A stretch of 64,000 nucleotides of DNA, taken from contig CBDCXR010000004.1 of NCBI GenBank assembly GCA_965223845.1, forward strand, positions 2,976,001 through 3,040,000. The letters are read 5' to 3'. The notes below the pieces were generated by a model that ran no database searches, was not told the origin of the DNA, and saw nothing but the letters and a program-made list of their open reading frames with translations. Of this stretch, positions 60,501-64,000 are shown piece after piece. The first letter of the stretch is position 1, and every line of letters begins with the position of its first letter. The position numbers were made by a program, and so were the translations under genes. Source of the DNA: Planctomycetota bacterium. Its GTDB lineage: Bacteria > Planctomycetota > UBA8108 > SXIK01.

Positions 60501-62092
60501 TCGACGACGCGCGCACGGCCGAGTTGTCGACCCGTCGACTCCACTCGAATCATCTCCTGCACGCGACGTACATCTTCAACGACCGCGAAATCCGGTACAA
60601 CGTCGGGATTCGCTACCGCGGCAGCCCGTGGGGACGACCGGAGCGCTCGAGTTATCGCGTGCGGTTCGAGGAGGATGCGCGTCCCCCGACCGGCCTGGGT
60701 GCGGTCAACTTGAGCTCGCGCGTCGACGGCGCGGCGGAGAAAGCGTCGTACTACCTCTCGGAGCAAGCGGGGACGCCGGAGAAGCCGGTATCCGTGCCCA
60801 TCTACCGCTTCGTGAGGACAACATTCAACGGCGGCGGGCGCCGGACGCAGCGCTTCATTCAGCCGGTCGACAACACCTACCTCCGCCAGTGGTTTCCAGA
60901 CTCGGACGGACCCGGATTCAAGGCGGTCGCACGGCTCGCGTTCAACGACCGGGGAGAACGGACCGCCTACGACGGCGCGTCGTTCGATTACATGAACGAG
61001 AACAGCGAGAACTACCGCTTCTACTACATGCCGTTCACGAATCGAAATCGCGACGAGTGGGAGGACCTCACTCGATTGATGCGTCTCCTCGACCCCCGGG
61101 CGACGGACAACGATCAGCACGACGCCGAGATCGAGTCGATCCTCGACGTGGAAGGCTTCCTCCGCACGATGGTCGCGCGCGTGTTCGTCAGCGACTGGGA
61201 CACGCTCGGCATCGGACAGGGGCACAACGCGTACCTCTATCTCGATTCGAGAGACTCTCGGTGGGAGACGATTCCGTTCGATTTCAATCAGGCGATGCCG
61301 ACGTCGCAAGTCAGCTATCCCGTATTCCCCACCTTCGATCGTGGCTGGCGCCGACTCATCGCTCGGCCCAAGGCTCGCCGCCTCTATGTTCGCATCGCGC
61401 GCGAGTTCCTCGATACGGCCTGGTCGATCCCCGCGGCGCGTCCCTATCTCGACGCAGTGGAAGACGCGAGTCGAGTGTCATTCGCTGGAGTTCGGAGCTT
61501 CATCTCCGCTCGGGCGCGCGTGATCGAAGGAGCGATCCGCCCGCTGCTCGACGTCGACTTCGAGATCTCGACCAATGACGGCGCCAATTTTTCGACGGAA
61601 GCCGCGTCGGTCGAGCTCACCGGGACCGCGAGCGCCGCGATCGCATCGATCCTCGTCGAACGAAACGGCGCGGAAGCGGTCGAACTAACCCCTTCGTGGA
61701 GCACACCGATCCGCTGGACGGCGACTTTCGACACCTCGTCGAGGACGAACGCCTTCGAGCTCTCAGGAATCGACGGCGCCGACAGTCGGATCGCTTCCAC
61801 GTCGATCGAGATCACGAACACGAGCCAGGTCGCCGGATTCGTCCGCGGCGACTCCAACGGCGACGGCGAGGTCGCGATCAGCGATGCGGTGAAGACGCTC
61901 CTCTATCTTTTCGTCGGCGACACGATCGATTGCGAAGATGCGGCCGACGCGAACGATGACGGCCGCCTGAACCTCGTCGATCCCGTCGGCACGCTCGAAT
62001 ACTTGTTTCAAACCGGCGCGCCACCACCGGCGCCCTTTCCCACTCCCGGCGAGGACACGACCCCGGACGAGCTCGGCTGCACGCGCGGGTGA
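57563..62092 (+). CDS. Secreted lamin-tail-domain (LTD) plus CotH kinase plus dockerin-like protein
   Basis: LVISEIHYHP..EFVEI, FNE..WVEL and INEIFY..EFVEI (three LTDs); GIRYRGS, SDWD, HNAYLY, IPFDF (CotH); RGDSNGDG..ISDAV...DAADANDDG (dockerin). Start uncertain (57557-57566). Confidence 0.87.
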   Translation: MMSHLSPAPRRTRREKPRTYRLGFRCVPLAVWSAGLTIALALAVARPAHGLVISEIHYHPVGEGADGGRLEFVEIANDSTTPEDLSGFRFSEGIEFEFPPQTILLGRSYIVVCADVDAVRAEYGIDNAIGNFTGRLDSSGERLTLVSRVGVEVVSVSYRDEGKWPVAPDGTGHTLVLRSLRSDPSEPESWRGSPEIGGSPGAPNLPETGAGGREDVVLIGEGDLWRFARGDAPFSSGEPAWYESEFDDAAWSTGAAGFGYGDGDDATELGDMRDGYGSVACRATFELTNADVERGKVRLSIRYDDGFCAFVNGAEFARANCPDTIDHDSTATGGHEASDPEEFEVPPELLREGTNHIAVVGYNVTVDSTDFSLAPSIVLERLEAPPTEETVMFNELHRSVGNASWVELFNPGASAIDLSGYKLATEPNSDGFSLGADTKIAAQGFLTITDEESGLDLSSPEVRVFLRDVNGLVVAAFAFDRDPPAEFADESFSEALFPDGGTKTWITPIATRGEPNRVDRATAIVINEIFYQPPEDRSGEFVEIYNRESSSVDLTGYRFERGIDFEFSNGTLIGPGEYLVVAKDPPLIREIYGIENVVGPYDGKLSNRGENLRLVDSRGNIADEVRYFDGGTWSRWADGGGASLELIDPEQRNDVGVAWAASDESEKADWERLSYQVDDYVPARETELHLFLVARGECLIDDVSVRRGAGDNHIPNPGFEDSTSPWRIEGTHIDSRRVTWDAHSGEACLELVASGKGDSSVNRIEIDASPRLTSGPYEVSLWARWLRGASVIVGHGEFTAGPWGGRPAPSVNQSGNTLGGKARLTVPRDLGTPGRENTARARLRDETGSTNLGPLIWAVTHSPATPESGDPVTVSARIDDADGVASVTVLYREGNANGPFERVPLTRSPGRGLDAVDGPGEQHRAELPGFSARDKIVFYLEATDATGRTSRFPATAPAETLLFMVSGPQESDLDSVAIALDDARTAELSTRRLHSNHLLHATYIFNDREIRYNVGIRYRGSPWGRPERSSYRVRFEEDARPPTGLGAVNLSSRVDGAAEKASYYLSEQAGTPEKPVSVPIYRFVRTTFNGGGRRTQRFIQPVDNTYLRQWFPDSDGPGFKAVARLAFNDRGERTAYDGASFDYMNENSENYRFYYMPFTNRNRDEWEDLTRLMRLLDPRATDNDQHDAEIESILDVEGFLRTMVARVFVSDWDTLGIGQGHNAYLYLDSRDSRWETIPFDFNQAMPTSQVSYPVFPTFDRGWRRLIARPKARRLYVRIAREFLDTAWSIPAARPYLDAVEDASRVSFAGVRSFISARARVIEGAIRPLLDVDFEISTNDGANFSTEAASVELTGTASAAIASILVERNGAEAVELTPSWSTPIRWTATFDTSSRTNAFELSGIDGADSRIASTSIEITNTSQVAGFVRGDSNGDGEVAISDAVKTLLYLFVGDTIDCEDAADANDDGRLNLVDPVGTLEYLFQTGAPPPAPFPTPGEDTTPDELGCTRG

Positions 62093-62158
62093 GGGACACC
62101 ATCGAGTACCGGAGCCGCCCTCGACCCCGGTGGACCGGTTAGCGCACGTCGAGGCCGT

Positions 62159-62767
62159 TCAATCCTCGCGAAACGTTCGCGCTCGTCCCCACTCTCCCGT
62201 AAACACCAGCTCGCTCAGAGCGCGGCGCGATCGCGGCGCTTCGTCGCGCTCGCGCAGGCCGTCCGGCAGAGCTGACACATCCTCCGCCGGGTAGCCGATC
62301 GCGATGCCGGTGACGGCTTCGTGGCCTTCGGGGATCCCGAACTCCTCCACCGCGCGCTCGGGGAGAATCCCGGCCATCTGGTGTACCGAGATCCCCCGCG
62401 CCGTAGCTTCAACCGAGAGATTGGCGACCGCCAGGCCGACATCGTGGAACGAGTGGCGATTGTCCCGCCCGTTTCGCGCGAACCGCGTACTCGCCACCGC
62501 GAGAGCGAGGACGGACGCATCCTTCGCCCACGCCTGATTCGGCTCGACGAGACACGAGAGAATGCGGTCGAACTCGGAGCCCTCCGCTCTCGTCGCGACG
62601 ATGAACCGCCAGGGCTGTTCGTTGAACGACGACGGCGCCCAGCGCGCCGCTTCGAACAGCGAGCCGAGGTCCGACGCCGAAATAGCACGCGAGCTGAAGC
62701 CGTAGGGGCTCCAGCGGCCGGAGATCACCGCGTGCACGGGATGGGTGGTGTCCGGATCCTTGCTCAT
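62159..62767 (-). CDS. Nitroreductase family protein
   Basis: RWSPYGF, LFEAARWAPSSFNEQPWRF, HDVG, HQMAG, AIGYP, R.RR. Confidence 0.92.
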   Translation of the reverse strand: MSKDPDTTHPVHAVISGRWSPYGFSSRAISASDLGSLFEAARWAPSSFNEQPWRFIVATRAEGSEFDRILSCLVEPNQAWAKDASVLALAVASTRFARNGRDNRHSFHDVGLAVANLSVEATARGISVHQMAGILPERAVEEFGIPEGHEAVTGIAIGYPAEDVSALPDGLRERDEAPRSRRALSELVFTGEWGRARTFRED

Positions 62768-62792
62768 GTCGCCTCCTCTGTCGCGTGATCGC

Positions 62793-63998
62793 TCACGCGC
62801 CCGACTGACGTCGAAGCTCCGCGATCACTTCGGCGACCTTGGCTGGATCCTCCGCCGCCTTCACTTCCGTATTCTTGTACGCGAGCTTGCCGTCGGGTCC
62901 GAAGACGAACGTCCAGCGGGCGGCGCTTCCGCCCCGAACGAGAACGTGTTCCTCGCCGCCGACGTTCCGAACGAGCTCTCCGCCCTTTCCGAACGGGACT
63001 CCGAACGAACGTGCGATCCGCCCATCAAAATCGGCGAGCAGGGTGAAATTGAGATCGTGAGCTCGCTTGAACACCTGATGGTTGTAGACCGAATCGCCGC
63101 TCACTCCCACGACCTCGACACCGCTCTTTCGGAGGGCATCCATCCCGTCTCGAAATCCGCAGGCCTGCTTCGTGCACCCACCGGTCATGTCCGCCGGGTA
63201 GAAGTAGACGACGAGGATCTTTCCGGCGTGATCCTTTGAGCGCCAGATCTTACCCGCGTCATCGAGCGCCACGATGCGGGGCATCTTCTTTCCGAGCGGA
63301 AGCTTCTCCTTCTTCGGCTTCTTTTCCTTCTTCTTTTGCTTCGCCTTCTCGTCGCCAGCGACTTGCGCCTGCTTCGCGCCCGCCGGGGCCGCACCGTCGC
63401 GCTCTCGCAGAAAGGCGACGAGCTCCGCGAGCTGCTCGCTCGAGTAGCTCGGCTTCTTCTCGTACTTGATCCCACAGCCGAACTGACGGGTCTCGGACTC
63501 CGCCGGAGCCTCGCTCGCGAGCACCGCGCGAGTCGCGTCGCGGAGATACTCTTTCGTTACTTTGTCGGGCGACTGGTTGTCGTCGAACGCCCCCATGTAG
63601 GCGATTTTCCGCTCGCCGTCGAGCAAGAAGAAGTGGGGCGTCACCGCAGCGCCGTACGCTCGCGCGATCTTTTGCGACGGATCGTAGAGGTACGGGAAAT
63701 CAAAGCCCTTCTTCTTCGCGCGCTCCACCATCGCTTCGAGGCGATCGCCCTTCTTGTTGTTGACGTTGATCGCGACGAGCGCGACACCTTTTGAGCGGTA
63801 CTCCTGCGCAAACTTCGCGATGCGGTCCTCGTATGCCACCGCGACCGGACAACCGTTACAGGTAAAGACGACGACGACGGCCTTCGCCTTCTTCAAATCC
63901 GCTAGGCTGTGCTCGCGGAGATCCGTCCCGACGAGTCCGCTCCACGCCGGCGCGGGCGCGCCGATCTCGAGGACGTCGTTGAACTTTCCGGCGCGCGA
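62793..63998 (-). CDS. Redoxin (AhpC/TSA PRX-like) domain fused to a BCP/PrxQ peroxiredoxin domain; 5'-truncated by the window edge
   Basis: Frame stays open to the edge (AGKFNDVLEIGAPAPAWSGL). FTCNGCP...FPYLYD..TPHFF..GCGIK, a Lys-rich linker, then YFYPADMTGGCTKQAC..VVGVSGD. Confidence 0.87.
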   Translation of the reverse strand, partial: SRAGKFNDVLEIGAPAPAWSGLVGTDLREHSLADLKKAKAVVVVFTCNGCPVAVAYEDRIAKFAQEYRSKGVALVAINVNNKKGDRLEAMVERAKKKGFDFPYLYDPSQKIARAYGAAVTPHFFLLDGERKIAYMGAFDDNQSPDKVTKEYLRDATRAVLASEAPAESETRQFGCGIKYEKKPSYSSEQLAELVAFLRERDGAAPAGAKQAQVAGDEKAKQKKKEKKPKKEKLPLGKKMPRIVALDDAGKIWRSKDHAGKILVVYFYPADMTGGCTKQACGFRDGMDALRKSGVEVVGVSGDSVYNHQVFKRAHDLNFTLLADFDGRIARSFGVPFGKGGELVRNVGGEEHVLVRGGSAARWTFVFGPDGKLAYKNTEVKAAEDPAKVAEVIAELRRQSGA

Positions 63999-64000
63999 CT

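Overview
GC-rich bacterial window, most likely from a Planctomycetota/PVC genome (inferred from two PVC-type heme-binding CxxCH proteins, a DUF1552/DUF1592 pair, three sulfatases, three Tat-exported Gfo/Idh/MocA oxidoreductases and planctomycete-type dockerin tails). About 35 genes, mostly exported enzymes for sulfated or acylated glycans and periplasmic redox proteins. I found no rRNA, tRNA, CRISPR array or transposase. The main finding is at 34633-38265. An FG-GAP/CRTAC1 lipoprotein ORF and an ASPIC/UnbV-thioredoxin-TPR ORF lie in one frame, separated only by a TGA (36607-36609). A perfect 8-bp hairpin with a GGUCG loop follows at bacterial SECIS spacing, so this is a candidate 1210-aa selenoprotein or programmed readthrough. 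Other points of interest: a 36-bp tandem motif upstream of both genes flanking a XylR-type regulator; a 298-bp element with 42-bp inverted repeats, plus a third arm elsewhere; a 56-aa ORF missing from the ORF track; a tandem cyclase with split metal motifs; several domain fusions. Family names come from motif recognition only; no database search was run.
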